Shown: piece by piece, positions 54,808 to 64,000 of the stretch
How positions within the stretch are numbered: position 1 is the stretch's first letter
Layout: every line of letters begins with the position of its first letter
Source: Bryobacteraceae bacterium
GTDB lineage: Bacteria > Acidobacteriota > Terriglobia > Bryobacterales > Bryobacteraceae
Assembly: GCA_035501155.1 (NCBI GenBank)
Contig: DATJWO010000046.1
Span: 182 to 64,181, forward strand
Direction: 5' to 3'
DNA length: 64,000 nucleotides
Translations under genes and position numbers: made by a program
Notes under the pieces: model-generated
Told to the model about the DNA's origin: nothing
What the model saw: only the letters and a program-made list of their open reading frames with translations
The model's database searches: none

Positions 54808-55638
54808 ATGCTAGGCATATCGTTGTCATACTTGCTGAAGCATTCGGTGACGGCGGTCGCGGACCCGGTCGAAGTCTGGATCAAATTCGAAGAGAAATAC
54901 GCGGACTGGAGCGCGGGCCGCCCGCCGGCTTCGTATCCATACGAATCCGACGCGGACTGGGAGCCTCGGCTGCACCGGCATTTCGGCCTCGATTGGCCCT
55001 GTCCGTCGACTGCGGAATTCGGGGCGCTTTTCCCTCAGGTGATGCAAGAGCTGGAAGGAGCGGGTATCCGTCCGGGTCCGGGGAGCTTCCGCACATGGAA
55101 TGACGGTGATGCGGGACTGACGCGCGCGATCTGGTGTCTGGTTCGCCATTTGAAGCCACAGCGCGTGGTGGAAACCGGCGTGGCGCACGGCGTCACTTCA
55201 CGCGTGATTCTGGATGCGCTCGAAAGGAACGAACAGGGTCATCTCTGGAGCATCGATCTTCCGCCTTTGGAACGGGATTGGCGAAAGCAAGTCGGAGTGG
55301 CGGTGGGCAGCGGTCACAAAGATCGATGGTCTTACATCAAGGGCTCCAGCCGGCGGCGCCTTCCCGGTCTTTTTTCTCAACTCGGCCAAATCGACCTGTT
55401 CATTCACGACAGCCTGCATAGCGAGCGCAACGTGCTTTTCGAGCTCGAGCGCGCCTGGGCGGCCGTAAGACCCGGCGGCGCAATTGTGGTGGATGACGTC
55501 GACGTCAATGGCGCGTTCCGGGTTTTCACTGGAACGATGCCGCGCGATCAGTTCCTGGTTTGTGACGCCGAGCCGGTTATGCCCGATCTGCGGCGGTTCA
55601 ACAAAAGGGGCCTGTTCGGAATCATTTTTAAAGACTAA
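54808..55638 (+). CDS. Class I SAM-dependent methyltransferase (CmcI/Methyltransf_24-like)
   Basis: Start moved to ATG 54808, which has GGAGG 9 nt upstream. Motifs: VVETGVAHGVTSRVILDAL...IDLFIHDSLHS...GGAIVVDDV. Confidence 0.75.
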   Translation: MLGISLSYLLKHSVTAVADPVEVWIKFEEKYADWSAGRPPASYPYESDADWEPRLHRHFGLDWPCPSTAEFGALFPQVMQELEGAGIRPGPGSFRTWNDGDAGLTRAIWCLVRHLKPQRVVETGVAHGVTSRVILDALERNEQGHLWSIDLPPLERDWRKQVGVAVGSGHKDRWSYIKGSSRRRLPGLFSQLGQIDLFIHDSLHSERNVLFELERAWAAVRPGGAIVVDDVDVNGAFRVFTGTMPRDQFLVCDAEPVMPDLRRFNKRGLFGIIFKD

Positions 55639-55701
55639 TTCGCTGAACCGGCCGGCCGGGCGCAACGTACTCCCTCTAGCAACCTAGATCAGGAGCGACG
55701 C

Positions 55702-58146
55702 ATGCACTTGGGAAGCGATGTCCGCTCAGCATTCCGCACATTGCGGCGCGATCCGGGCCTCAGCGCCATCGCGATCGCCACGCTCGCCTTGGGCATTGGC
55801 GCGAATACGGCCATCTTCAGCGTCTTCGACGGAATCCTACTGCGTCCGCTGGGCTACGGCGACGAATCGCGCCTGGTTGCCATTCACGAAGTGGTGCCCA
55901 TGTTCAGCCGGATCGCACCGCGCCTCCCAGTGAACGCGATGCACTTCGAGGATTGGCGCAGGAACGTTCACGCGTTCGGACAAATCGCACTGATCAGCGG
56001 CATCACGCTGAATCTCACAGCCGCGGGCGAGCCCGAGCGCGTGGCGGCGGCGCGCGTTTCTCCCAGTCTCTTTCCGATGCTGCACGCGTCCGCCGAATTG
56101 GGCCGCACATTCCTGGACGAAGAGGACCAGCCCGGCCGCGACGACGTCGTTGTGCTGAGCCACGCATTTTGGCAGCGCCGCTTCGCTTCCGATCCGAACA
56201 TTCTCAGCCGCAAGATTCAACTCGATGGCCGGCCCTACCGCGTCATCGGAGTGCTCTCCCCCGCCTTCCATTTCCCGAAACTCAGCCAGCTCTTCGCGAT
56301 GAACGTGGCCGAAGAAGCGCCGGAATTGTGGAAACCGTTCGCGCTCCGGCCGCAGGAACGGGACCCGTTGGGCGATTTCAATTTTGTCTGCATCGCGCGG
56401 CTGCGGCCGGGCGTTTCGCTGAGCCAGGCGCTGGGAGAGCTGAACGCGGCACAAGCGCGGCTGGCCAGCCAGGCGCCGGCGAAGATCGAATTCCAAGCCG
56501 CTCTGGTTCCGCTACACGATCAGATCACCAGCCGCTCACGCAACGGCTTGCAGCTGGTGCTGGCCGCAGTGGGGCTGGTGCTACTGATCGGCTGCGTCAA
56601 TATCGCGAATCTGCTGCTGGCGCGCACCGCATCCCGGCGCCGCGAACTCGCGATCCGTTCGGCGCTTGGCGCAGGCCAAGGGCGGCTGGTGCGGCAGTTG
56701 CTCGCCGAAAGTCTCCTGCTGGGAGGTATCGGCGGCAGCCTGGGGGTGCTGTTCGCATACGGCGCGCTGCGCGCGATCCTGGCTCACGCGCCGGCGAATC
56801 TACCGCGCCTGGACGAAGTGCACGTCAATCTTCCGGTTTTGTTCTTCGCGACGGCGATCTCTCTCGTGGCCGGGCTCGCCTGCGGCTGGCTGCCCGCGCT
56901 GCGTTTTGCACGAATCGACCCTCAAGAGGCTCTGCAATCGGGCGCGCGAGGAAGCACGGAAGGGCGCGGCGCCGCGAAGCTCAGGTCGTTGCTGGTGAGC
57001 CTGGAGGTGGGACTCAGCATGCTCTGCCTGATCGCCGGCGGCCTGCTGCTGCGCAGCTACGCAAAGCTGCTTTCCACCGACAAAGGATTCGTGGTCCAGC
57101 GCATCGTCACCGTCGATTTGAATCTGCCGCGGGCCCGCTATGCGGAGCTACTTCAGCAGACGCGCTTCTCCGAATCGCTGCTGGATTCCGTGCGCAAGCT
57201 GCCCGGTGTGATGTCCCTGGGCGTTTCCAACATGCTGCCGCTCACCGCCGAAGGCAACAACAACCTGCTCATGCTGGAGGGAGCTCAAGTTCCTCTGATG
57301 GAACGGCCCGTGGCCGACATTCGCGATGTCAATCCCGAGTTCTTTCGGACCATGGGCATCCCGCTGCTCAAAGGCCGGATCTTTGAAGACACCGATCGCA
57401 ACCGCCAGCTTGCGTTGGTTTCGGCGCTGACCGCGCAAAAGCTCTGGCCTGGGCAGGATCCATTGGGCAAGCGATTCAAAATCGGTGATCCGAGCGAGCC
57501 GTACCTGGAGGTGGCCGGCGTAGTGGGCGACGTGAGGGGGGCGGCGCTCGACAAACCGCCATTCCTGACGATTTATCGTCCTTATTGGGAGGGCGGCGAA
57601 ATGCGCCGTGCCGTAACGCTCGCGGTTCGAACTACCGGAGATCCCCTCTCCGTTACCGGAGCGATCCGAGGCGCGATTCACCGCATCGATCCTGAACTGC
57701 CGGTTCCACAATTCCAGACCATGGAACAGATTCTCGACGATTCCGTGGCGCAGCAACGTTTCCAGATGAGCCTGATCCTGCTGTTCGCGGCGGCGGCCCT
57801 GCTGCTGGCCAGCCTGGGCATCTACGGCGTCGTTTCGTATTCGGTCACGCTGCGGACCAATGAAATGGGCATTCGCATGGCGCTGGGCGCGCAGGGCGCG
57901 GACGTTTTGCGAATGGTCCTAAGGCAATCCATGGCGCCGGTCGCGTTCGGGCTGGCAGGCGGTTTCGTCGTCTGGCTGGCGGCCGGGCGGTTGTTGGCGT
58001 CGTTGCTCTACGGTGTCACGCCGTTGGATCTCTTGACCATCGGCATTGCCATGTCGACGCTGGCGGCCGTCGCCGCCCTCGCCAGTTTCATTCCCGCCCG
58101 GCGCGCCGTTCGAGTGGATCCGTCCACCGCGTTGCGCTACGAATAA
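55702..58146 (+). CDS. ADOP-type duplicated FtsX/MacB-like ABC permease
   Basis: 814 aa. N-terminus ...AFRTLRRDPGLSAIAIATLALGIGANTAIFSV... There are two MacB-periplasmic-core plus FtsX halves (a second ...NEMGIRMALGA... module). This architecture is typical of Acidobacteria. Confidence 0.88.
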   Translation: MHLGSDVRSAFRTLRRDPGLSAIAIATLALGIGANTAIFSVFDGILLRPLGYGDESRLVAIHEVVPMFSRIAPRLPVNAMHFEDWRRNVHAFGQIALISGITLNLTAAGEPERVAAARVSPSLFPMLHASAELGRTFLDEEDQPGRDDVVVLSHAFWQRRFASDPNILSRKIQLDGRPYRVIGVLSPAFHFPKLSQLFAMNVAEEAPELWKPFALRPQERDPLGDFNFVCIARLRPGVSLSQALGELNAAQARLASQAPAKIEFQAALVPLHDQITSRSRNGLQLVLAAVGLVLLIGCVNIANLLLARTASRRRELAIRSALGAGQGRLVRQLLAESLLLGGIGGSLGVLFAYGALRAILAHAPANLPRLDEVHVNLPVLFFATAISLVAGLACGWLPALRFARIDPQEALQSGARGSTEGRGAAKLRSLLVSLEVGLSMLCLIAGGLLLRSYAKLLSTDKGFVVQRIVTVDLNLPRARYAELLQQTRFSESLLDSVRKLPGVMSLGVSNMLPLTAEGNNNLLMLEGAQVPLMERPVADIRDVNPEFFRTMGIPLLKGRIFEDTDRNRQLALVSALTAQKLWPGQDPLGKRFKIGDPSEPYLEVAGVVGDVRGAALDKPPFLTIYRPYWEGGEMRRAVTLAVRTTGDPLSVTGAIRGAIHRIDPELPVPQFQTMEQILDDSVAQQRFQMSLILLFAAAALLLASLGIYGVVSYSVTLRTNEMGIRMALGAQGADVLRMVLRQSMAPVAFGLAGGFVVWLAAGRLLASLLYGVTPLDLLTIGIAMSTLAAVAALASFIPARRAVRVDPSTALRYE

Positions 58147-58163
58147 CGCGGTATAACATCAAC

Positions 58164-59168
58164 ATGTCCCGAATCTCGCTTCTCGTGTTGTCCGCTCTCT
58201 CGCTCAGTGTGCTGCCCGCGCAGCAGCCCAGAAATTTCCCGCAGCCCGGACCCGCCAAGGAGGTAACCATCACAGCGATCCCCGGCGTAGTTGCTGCGGG
58301 CGCGAAGTGGACTGAAGTCTGGCACGGCACCGCGACCGCCGACGGTATGGTCGGCTTCGAGGGCGGCATTCTGTTCGCGCAGGAACAGAGCAACCACATC
58401 AACCGGCTCGACAAGAACGACAAATTCTCGGTCTACTTGACCAACCCGCACGGGCCGGGCGCGATCGCGATCTCCCCGAAGGGCGTGATTCTCGTGGTCG
58501 AGCGTACCTGCACCGATCCGGGCGGCCACATGGGCACCAAGCCGGAAGATTGCAAGGAGCCGACCGACGTCGCGGCTCTGACGCCCGAGCGCAAAGTAAT
58601 CGCCGATAGTGTCGACGGCAAAGGACTGGGGCGCGTCAACGATCTCGTTACCGACAAGAGAGGCGACATCTATTTCACCAGCGGCGGCGCGTTCCATGTC
58701 AGCCCCGACGGCAAGGTGACCGCCTTCGGCCAGGATCTGCGCACCAACGGAATCATGCTCAGCCGCGACGAGAAGACGCTGTACATCACCAACCGCGAGG
58801 TGATCGTCGCTTTCGACATCCAGCCCGATGGTTCGGTGACGAATGAGCACCAATTCGGCAAGCTGGAAGGCGGGGGCAACGGTGACGGGATGGAGATCGA
58901 CGCGGCCGGCCGGCTGTATGTCACCAGTCCCTCGGGCGTCCAGGTACTGGGCCCGGATGGGAAATACCTCGGCTTGATTCCCACGCCGCGCAACGCCATC
59001 ACGGTGACGTTCTCCGGCCCCGGCAAAAAGACGCTGTACGTGGGCTGCATGGGCGCGGCTGGTCCGGACGGACAAAACATCACCACACCGCCGGGCGTGC
59101 GGAATGTCGCGATGACCGTTTATAAAGTCCCGATGCAGGCGCAAGGGTTCAAAGGCCGCGTAAAATAG
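58164..59168 (+). CDS. Exported SMP-30/gluconolactonase/LRE-like beta-propeller protein
   Basis: Signal peptide MSRISLLVLSALSLSVLPAQ. Blade motifs NDLVTDKRGDIYFTSGG, TNGIMLSRDEKTLYITN and GDGMEIDAAGRLYVTS. Confidence 0.78.
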   Translation: MSRISLLVLSALSLSVLPAQQPRNFPQPGPAKEVTITAIPGVVAAGAKWTEVWHGTATADGMVGFEGGILFAQEQSNHINRLDKNDKFSVYLTNPHGPGAIAISPKGVILVVERTCTDPGGHMGTKPEDCKEPTDVAALTPERKVIADSVDGKGLGRVNDLVTDKRGDIYFTSGGAFHVSPDGKVTAFGQDLRTNGIMLSRDEKTLYITNREVIVAFDIQPDGSVTNEHQFGKLEGGGNGDGMEIDAAGRLYVTSPSGVQVLGPDGKYLGLIPTPRNAITVTFSGPGKKTLYVGCMGAAGPDGQNITTPPGVRNVAMTVYKVPMQAQGFKGRVK

Positions 59169-59181
59169 CAAGCACGGGGTC

Positions 59182-59886
59182 ATGCGCTTTCTCGCGTTGT
59201 TTGCAATGTTGTCCGCCTCTCTGGCGGCCGCGGAAAATCCCGCCGCTCAATTGTGGAAGGATCTTCAGGCCAAACGGCAGAAGCTGTCGACGTTCCACGA
59301 GGAGTTCGAGGTTTCGCGCACTGTCAAGCTGGCGAACGGCGACCAGGACTCGAAGTGGCAGACCTTCTTGGATCAGTCCCAGGAACGCTGGCGCGAGAGC
59401 ACGCGCTCGGGATCCGGGGAGCGCATCCGAATCTTCGATGGCGCGGACCTTTTCCTGATCGAAGATCGAGAGAACGAATACGTGCGGCTGAAGCGCCCGT
59501 CCAGGAATGAGGTTCCCGCGCCATCGCCGTACGAGCTAGCCAACCCTGATTGGTCGAAAGCTCTGGAGGTGGAGCGCCGGCCCTGCGGCCTGGAAGGAAG
59601 CGATCATGTGTGCGTGATCGTGGAAGTGCCAGTCAAGGCCGGATCTGTTCGCCTGAGTCCCGGCCTCGATCTCACGCCGGTTTTCGAAGGCGTGGAGCGG
59701 GCCATGCTGGATATCGAAGACGGCCTGATGATTTCGCGCCGGGCGGTGCTCTCGGTTGGGGACGGGCGAACGGCGTACCAAGCCGACACCGTGTACGTGC
59801 TCAAGCGGTTGACGTACGGCGGAACAGCGGACGCGAGCCTATTTGAACGGCCCTCGGGAAACGTGCGCGAAGCATCGCGTCCGTAA
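59182..59886 (+). CDS. Exported hypothetical protein (possibly LolA-like fold)
   Basis: 234 aa with signal peptide MRFLALFAMLSASLAAA. The fold suggestion is only a guess from size and pattern. Confidence 0.5.
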   Translation: MRFLALFAMLSASLAAAENPAAQLWKDLQAKRQKLSTFHEEFEVSRTVKLANGDQDSKWQTFLDQSQERWRESTRSGSGERIRIFDGADLFLIEDRENEYVRLKRPSRNEVPAPSPYELANPDWSKALEVERRPCGLEGSDHVCVIVEVPVKAGSVRLSPGLDLTPVFEGVERAMLDIEDGLMISRRAVLSVGDGRTAYQADTVYVLKRLTYGGTADASLFERPSGNVREASRP

Positions 59887-59905
59887 GGACGGGCAGCGGC
59901 CAGCT

Positions 59906-60448
59906 CTATTCGGCCTTCTTTTCGGTCTTGTCTGTCAGGTCGTCCCTTAGCTGCTTGACCACTTTTCCGGCGGTCTTCTCCATTTCGCCGGGAGTGGAAT
60001 CCTTGGGCCGCTGATAGGCTGACCATAAGACGGAGCGCGACCCGCGATCGACCAGGAAGAAGTTGCCCTTGCCGCGGCCGAACGTCGAGACATGTGGCGC
60101 GCCGCTCAGATCGACATCGCTCAGCTTGTCCTTGGTTTTCGCCTTGCCGTCGTCGGTGCTGCTTTCCTCATCTTTCTTTTTGGCTTCCGCAGGGGGTTTG
60201 GGAGGGGGATAGATCGTGTCCAGCTGGCTTTCGAAGGCCTGGCCGACATGGTCGGTCAGGATCGCGTCGGCTTTCTGCGGATCGGTCACCACGTCGAAGA
60301 CATGAAACTTGGTGAGTTGGTTGGCGAGGAACTGATCCATGCCGCCGCCCATCGCCAGGATGTAAACGCGGCTCACCTGATGGAGTTGCGGATTCGCGGC
60401 GGCCATGATGAGAGCCGCGCCGAGTGCCAGGAGGGAAAACAACTTCAT
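59906..60448 (-). CDS. Exported hypothetical protein with charged K/E/D-rich linker (180 aa)
   Basis: Start moved to ATG 60448 (MKLFSLLALGAALIMAAA). The longer track ORF upstream has no supporting features. Confidence 0.55.
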   Translation of the reverse strand: MKLFSLLALGAALIMAAANPQLHQVSRVYILAMGGGMDQFLANQLTKFHVFDVVTDPQKADAILTDHVGQAFESQLDTIYPPPKPPAEAKKKDEESSTDDGKAKTKDKLSDVDLSGAPHVSTFGRGKGNFFLVDRGSRSVLWSAYQRPKDSTPGEMEKTAGKVVKQLRDDLTDKTEKKAE

Positions 60449-60514
60449 GAGAATATGGTACCAGCGCCGCCGAGGCAGGATTGAGCCGCAACGGGGCCGG
60501 CGCCCAGCCTTAAC

Positions 60515-61201
60515 GTGTATAAATCGCAGCGGATCACAGTAATCACTCCCTGTCTGAACGAGGAGCAGGGAATCGAGCAGGTGCTCCGGCGGATGCCGGA
60601 TTTTGTGGATCAGGTGATTGTCGTGGACAACGGGTCGACGGACCGAACGTCGGAAGTGGCGCGGTCGTTCGGCGCCGAAGTGATCCGCGAGCCGGTCCGC
60701 GGCTATGGCCGCAGCTACAAGCGCGGATTCGCCGACGCCACCGGCGACATCATCATCACACTGGACGGCGATCACAGCTATCCGCCGGACGCGATCTCCT
60801 ATTTGCTGGAAGCGTTGCTGCACCTGGATGTCGACTTTCTGAACGCCTCGCGGTTCCCGGTGCGCGATCCCAAGGCGATGAGCTTCAAACACAAGGTGGG
60901 CAACTGGATTCTGTCGCTGGCGATGTCGATTCTGTATTTCCGCTGGGTGCGTGATTCGCAGTCCGGCATGTGGGTTTTCCGCCGCTCTATTCTGAAGGAC
61001 ATGCACCTGGAGTCGGACAGCATGGCCTTCTCCGAGGAGATCAAGATCGAGGCGTTGAAAAATTCGCGCATCCGATTCGCCGAGATTTCCATTCTGTACA
61101 CCTCGCGGATGGGCGAAATCAAGCTGAATCCCTGGCGCGACGGGTTCTACAATCTGTATTTTCTAGTGAAGAAGCGCTTTTCCGGGCGCCCGCGCACATG
61201 A
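60515..61201 (+). CDS. Family 2 glycosyltransferase (polyprenol-phosphate sugar transferase-like)
   Basis: 228 aa. Motifs: ITVITPCLNEEQGI...VIVVDNGSTDRT...ITLDGDHSYP. Confidence 0.82.
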   Translation: MYKSQRITVITPCLNEEQGIEQVLRRMPDFVDQVIVVDNGSTDRTSEVARSFGAEVIREPVRGYGRSYKRGFADATGDIIITLDGDHSYPPDAISYLLEALLHLDVDFLNASRFPVRDPKAMSFKHKVGNWILSLAMSILYFRWVRDSQSGMWVFRRSILKDMHLESDSMAFSEEIKIEALKNSRIRFAEISILYTSRMGEIKLNPWRDGFYNLYFLVKKRFSGRPRT

Positions 61202-61205
61202 ACCG

Positions 61206-62189
61206 GTGACCCCCATGCATCGCGTGACGATGATCATTCCGAATTGGAACGGGGCGGCGCTTCTGGCCAGTCTGCTGGACGGTCTGAAGCGGCAAACGCA
61301 CCCGATCGAACGCGTCATCGTGGTGGACAACGGCAGCACCGATGATTCCGCGGCAGTAGCGGAGCGCGCGGGCGCTCAGGTAATCGCGCTGGGGACGAAC
61401 GCTGGTTTCGCCGCAGCCGTAAACCGTGGGATTCGCGCGGCCGGCACCGAGTGGATCGGCATTTTGAATAATGATGTGTCGCTGCCCGAGAATTGGCTGG
61501 CGTTGCTGATGGACCGGCTGGCCTCCTCAGACGCGTGGTTCGCAACGGGCAAGCTGCTGGATGCCGGCTCACCCGATCGCATCGACGGCTGTTTCGACGA
61601 AATCTCGCGCGGGGCATGCGCGTGGCGGTGCGGACATGGGCGGCCGGATTCGCCGCTTTGGAACCAAGCCCGCGAAATCCGCTTTCCCCCATTCACGGCC
61701 GCTGTGTTTCGCGCCGGGCTGTTCGAGCGGGTCGGCCTTCTGGATGAGCGGTTCGAATCCTATCTAGAAGACGTCGACTTCGGGCTGCGCTCAGCGGCGG
61801 CCGGATTCGCAGGGCTTTATGTCCCGGAAGCATCGGCCTGGCACCGCGGCAGCGCGACTTTGGGCCGCTGGCATCCGGATACGGTGCGCCGGATCGCGCG
61901 TAACCAGCTGTTAATAGTTGCGAAACACTATCCGGCTAGATGGATCTTACGCTATGGCTGGCCGGTTTTCATCGCCCAGACACTATGGGGACTTACCGCC
62001 CTGCGGCATCGGTGTTTTGTAGCTTACCTCACAGGCAAGTGCGAAGGCCTACGCCAGTTCCATCAATTGCGCGGCGAACGCCGAGCCGGCTTAGGTGCCA
62101 TCCTCGAACAGAGCGAAAACGAAATTCTGGAACTCCAGAGATCTACAGGCTTCGACCTGTACTGGAGACTGTACTTTGCCTTAACATGA
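61206..62189 (+). CDS. Family 2 glycosyltransferase
   Basis: Motifs: MIIPNWNGAALL...VIVVDNGSTDDS...NAGFAAAVNRG...ILNNDVS. The start is GTG 61206 or ATG 61215. Confidence 0.82.
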   Translation: MTPMHRVTMIIPNWNGAALLASLLDGLKRQTHPIERVIVVDNGSTDDSAAVAERAGAQVIALGTNAGFAAAVNRGIRAAGTEWIGILNNDVSLPENWLALLMDRLASSDAWFATGKLLDAGSPDRIDGCFDEISRGACAWRCGHGRPDSPLWNQAREIRFPPFTAAVFRAGLFERVGLLDERFESYLEDVDFGLRSAAAGFAGLYVPEASAWHRGSATLGRWHPDTVRRIARNQLLIVAKHYPARWILRYGWPVFIAQTLWGLTALRHRCFVAYLTGKCEGLRQFHQLRGERRAGLGAILEQSENEILELQRSTGFDLYWRLYFALT

Positions 62190-63136
62190 GCCGCACGGGC
62201 GTTGTGATCGTCACTTACAACTCGGCGAATGTGATCGCCCGGTGCCTGAATTCTTGCGCCCAGCTGCCGGTTGTAGTTGTAGATAATCAGTCACGCGACT
62301 CTACTTGCGCATCCGTCCAACATAGATCAGGCGTCAAATTGATCGCTAACTCTAGTAACTGCGGGTTCGCGCAAGCCGTCAACCAGGGGGTGGCGGCTCT
62401 GGACACCGAGTTAGTGCTGCTCCTGAACCCGGACACTGAACTGGAAGGCGGGATTGAGCAGCTCGAGTCTGCCTGCCTGCGTCCGGGCGTGGGCGTGGCT
62501 GCGGGCCGGCTGGTGGATGAGCGCGGGCAGGTCCAGGCGGGTTTCACATTACGCCGTTTTCCCTCGCCGCTCACTTTGATCTTCGAGGTTCTGGGTCTGA
62601 ACCGGCTGCTGCCGTGGACGCCGGTCAACCGCCGCTACCGCTGCCTGGATCTGGACCTTTCCGTGCCCGCGGAAGTGGAGCAACCGGCTGGCGCGTTTCT
62701 CATGTTCCGTCGCGAAGTGTGGCACCGGTTGGGCGGTTTTGACACACGCTTCCATCCGCTGTGGTTCGAGGACGTGGATTTTTGCCGCCGCGCGCACGAT
62801 CTGGGCGTGAAGATTCAATACGTCCCGCAAGTTACTGCGCGTCATCAAGGTGGCCATAGTATTGCAGGGTTGGAGTGGTCCTGCCGGGAGGTGTACTGGT
62901 ATGTTAGCCTGCTAAAGTACACCTCGAAGCACTTTCGCTCGTACGCTTATCGCGGGGTGAGCGCGGCAGTGTTGCTCGGTTCCGTGTTTCGAACAGCCGT
63001 GGAGATGGTACGGCGAAGAAGTTTCAGGCCAATTAAGGTCTACGCGAATATAGGTCGGCTCGCGGGACGCAGTCTGATCTCCGGCCGTTTCGGAGAAGCA
63101 AACGGTTTTAGTAGCTATAGCAAGGCCGAAGGGTAA
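62186..63136 (+). CDS. Family 2 glycosyltransferase
   Basis: Start moved to ATG 62186, an ATGA overlap with the upstream stop. Motifs: VVIVTYNSANVI...VVVVDNQSRDST...NCGFAQAVNQG...LLNPDTE. Confidence 0.82.
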   Translation: MSRTGVVIVTYNSANVIARCLNSCAQLPVVVVDNQSRDSTCASVQHRSGVKLIANSSNCGFAQAVNQGVAALDTELVLLLNPDTELEGGIEQLESACLRPGVGVAAGRLVDERGQVQAGFTLRRFPSPLTLIFEVLGLNRLLPWTPVNRRYRCLDLDLSVPAEVEQPAGAFLMFRREVWHRLGGFDTRFHPLWFEDVDFCRRAHDLGVKIQYVPQVTARHQGGHSIAGLEWSCREVYWYVSLLKYTSKHFRSYAYRGVSAAVLLGSVFRTAVEMVRRRSFRPIKVYANIGRLAGRSLISGRFGEANGFSSYSKAEG

Positions 63137-63181
63137 GACAGGTTTTCAACAAATCATAGAATCGAGACACGACCCACATAC

Positions 63182-64000
63182 ATGCCGATTCACGATCGGG
63201 TTTCCGTAACAATCGTCACTTACAACAGCGGCCGGTTTATTAAGCGATGCCTGGAGTCCGTGCTGGCTCAGCGCTATGCCAACAAGGAAATCATTATCAT
63301 CGACAACGCCTCCACCGACGGTACAATCGACATCCTGGAGCAGTTTGAGGACCGCTGCCGGGTCATCTACAACGACGAGAACATCGGATTCGCCGCCGCG
63401 CAGAATCAAGCCATCGCACTGAGCACCGGAGAGTGGGTCCTGACTCTGAATCCGGACGTCCTGTTGTTGCCGAACTTCATCCAGGCTCTGGTGGATGCCG
63501 GCCAGATCGATCCCAAGATCGGGACGGTGTGCGGAAAGCTGCTGGCAATTCGCGCCAGTTTCGACCTGCCGGAGAAGCCGCTGGTGGATTCCACCGGCAT
63601 TTACTTCACGCCCATGTTGCGCCACCTGGACCGTGGCAGCCAGGAAGTGGATAACGGGCATTACCTCAACCACGAATTTGTTTTCGGGGCCACGGCGGCT
63701 GCAGCGCTGTACCGCCGCAGCATGATCGACGATATCTCCATCGATGACGAGTTCTTCGATCCGGACTTTTTCGTGTACCGTGAAGACGCCGACGTTGCCT
63801 GGCGGGCGCAACTGATGGCTTGGCGCTGCATTTATACGCCGCACGCGCGCGGCTATCACGTGCGCAACGTGCTGCCGGGAAATCGCCGCGCTTTGCCGCC
63901 GGTGATCAACATGCACTCAGTGAAGAACCGCTTCCTGATGCGCATGAAGAATATCACCGGCGATTTGTACCGGCGTAACTGGTTCTCGATCACGGTGCGC
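63182..64000 (+). CDS. Family 2 glycosyltransferase, 3'-truncated by the window end
   Basis: This ORF is not in the track because it is open at the window end. Hand translation from ATG 63182: MPIHDRVSVTIVTYNSGRFIKRCL...IIIIDNASTDGT...NIGFAAAQNQA...TLNPDVL...YREDADVAWR. It is in frame to base 64000. Confidence 0.8.
   Translation, partial: MPIHDRVSVTIVTYNSGRFIKRCLESVLAQRYANKEIIIIDNASTDGTIDILEQFEDRCRVIYNDENIGFAAAQNQAIALSTGEWVLTLNPDVLLLPNFIQALVDAGQIDPKIGTVCGKLLAIRASFDLPEKPLVDSTGIYFTPMLRHLDRGSQEVDNGHYLNHEFVFGATAAAALYRRSMIDDISIDDEFFDPDFFVYREDADVAWRAQLMAWRCIYTPHARGYHVRNVLPGNRRALPPVINMHSVKNRFLMRMKNITGDLYRRNWFSITVR

Overview
This is a 64-kb high-GC bacterial chromosomal segment. Gene content points to Acidobacteriota, possibly Solibacter/Bryobacter-like: an ADOP-type duplicated FtsX permease, CarboxypepD_reg/TonB-like outer-membrane proteins, a HAF-repeat protein with a TIGR03437-like C-terminus, and a membrane H+-PPase. 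The taxon is inference only, because nothing could be searched. Layout from left to right: (1) Decayed accessory genes at the left edge: a LigD-type ligase pseudogene and a DUF262 fragment. (2) A housekeeping and stress block: tRNA-Ala, uvrA, mtnA, a SnoaL/carotenoid-oxygenase/acidic C1-peptidase operon, hppA, an S53 peptidase, an rlmI-like gene, htpX, hsp20, feoAB and trxB. (3) A minus-strand operon at 32.7-35.6 kb. Here a DUF692/MNIO non-haem-iron enzyme is translationally coupled to a TIGR04222-type membrane protein that ends in a 7-Cys Gly/Ser tail. A nucleotidyltransferase and two small ORFs sit in the same operon. This is my best candidate for an undescribed system. (4) Origin-proximal purD and mnmG-rsmG-parA-parB, with two parS sites. 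(5) A roughly 5-kb visibly lower-GC insertion at 44.5-49.5 kb, bounded by a 22/23-nt inverted repeat. It carries an IS1595-family transposase, an ImmA/IrrE-HTH + DUF4411 (PIN-like) pair, two exported proteins and two aberrant tRNA-like genes. (6) An ABC-transporter-dependent polysaccharide locus that runs off the right edge: a Wzt-like ATPase with no adjacent permease, a coiled-coil methyltransferase, a GT2-GT4 fusion and several GT2s. No CRISPR array or rRNA was seen. All family assignments rest on motifs read by eye from the ORF translations, and no HMM or BLAST search was run.
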